Made by a program: the position numbers and the translations under genes. Below are positions 63,314 through 64,000 of a DNA stretch of 64,000 nt, piece by piece. Under the pieces are notes generated by a model. It was given only the letters and a program-made list of their open reading frames with translations. It made no database searches and had not been told where the DNA came from. Source of the stretch: Puccinia triticina (taxonomy: Eukaryota); NCBI GenBank assembly GCA_026914245.1, contig CP110439.1:1240001-1304000 (forward strand), written 5' to 3'. How positions within the stretch are numbered: the first letter of the stretch is position 1; each line of letters begins with the position of its first letter.

Positions 63314-64000
63314 ATGGTTCGCAGAGGCCGAGGCACCAAGGGATCCCTACCACCGTCAACTGATTACTCCTGCCCAGAAGGTACAACGATCATTCGAGGC
63401 ACGTCGACCCGGCCACTGATTTCTTACCAGGCCAACGAACCCGCCGTCGTTCTAGCCGACGTTCCCGAACTGGTATCCGACCCTGGCCCAACCGAGCAAG
63501 CTTCGAATTTAAATGAAGATGAAAAATCTGAAAGTGATCGCCAGTCAGAAATGGAGGACGATCGACTCTATTGCGTATGTAGAACACTATACGATGGCCG
63601 GACTATGATTGCTTGTGACCGGTACGCTTTGGTTCATGACCACCTCATTCTATCAGATCGAGGATAACCGCCCTCGGAAATACCCGTCGTAGCTGATCTG
63701 TTCATCTCAGGTGATTTAGATGTGACAATTGGTACCATAATGATTGCGTTGGGATCGAAGAGGATTCAGTTGAACTGGTTGACATTTTCATTTGCCCCAG
63801 CTGCCAAACTGGTCCGCCCCTTGAAGTTCACCTCGATGTGACAGTTTGCAAATCGATCCCTGATGAACATCCTTTTACAAACTTATTCATCTTTCCCAAC
63901 TGCGTCAGATGCCGATAAGCAGACAACGTGGAAGAAAAGGTGTGCGCGTCCTGGTTGTCACCTTGCTGCACGCGTCCTGTCCAAATATTGCAGCGATTGG
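63314..64000 (+). CDS. SPP1: PHD-finger COMPASS subunit Spp1/CFP1-like, 3'-partial
   Basis: LYCVCRTLYDGRTMIACDR|CDNWYHNDCVGI...FICPSC (intron 63622-63719), then after a second intron TTWKKRCARPGC..AAR..SKYCSD. Confidence 0.8.

Overview
Eukaryotic genomic DNA with GT-AG introns, most likely from a rust fungus (Pucciniales-like; inferred from intron style and TE/protein families). Positions ~1-58,740 are almost entirely nested transposable elements, many of which can be bounded exactly by termini and target-site duplications (TSDs). Two probable host genes follow: a 2OG-Fe(II) oxygenase-like gene and a partial SPP1/CFP1-like PHD gene. The most notable structure is a 13.3-kb IS3EU-type DNA transposon (32560-45826; TACGG...CCGTA ends, ~310-bp TIRs, 6-bp GGTAAC TSD). 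It carries its DDE transposase plus an intact alpha-kinase, a TET/JBP-like 2OG-Fe(II) dioxygenase broken by two TGA stops, and a degenerate PIF1-like helicase. It sits inside a second large element (32265-58737) with Harbinger-like GGGCC ends and a TTA TSD but an EnSpm/Plavaka-like transposase. Other features are an 8.7-kb non-coding CACTA foldback element built from head-to-head 173-bp satellite arrays, gag-only LTR retroelements with a Tf1-like self-priming signature, elements with CAACG ends and 7-bp TSDs, and several MITEs. All family assignments come from motif recognition by eye; no database searches were run.
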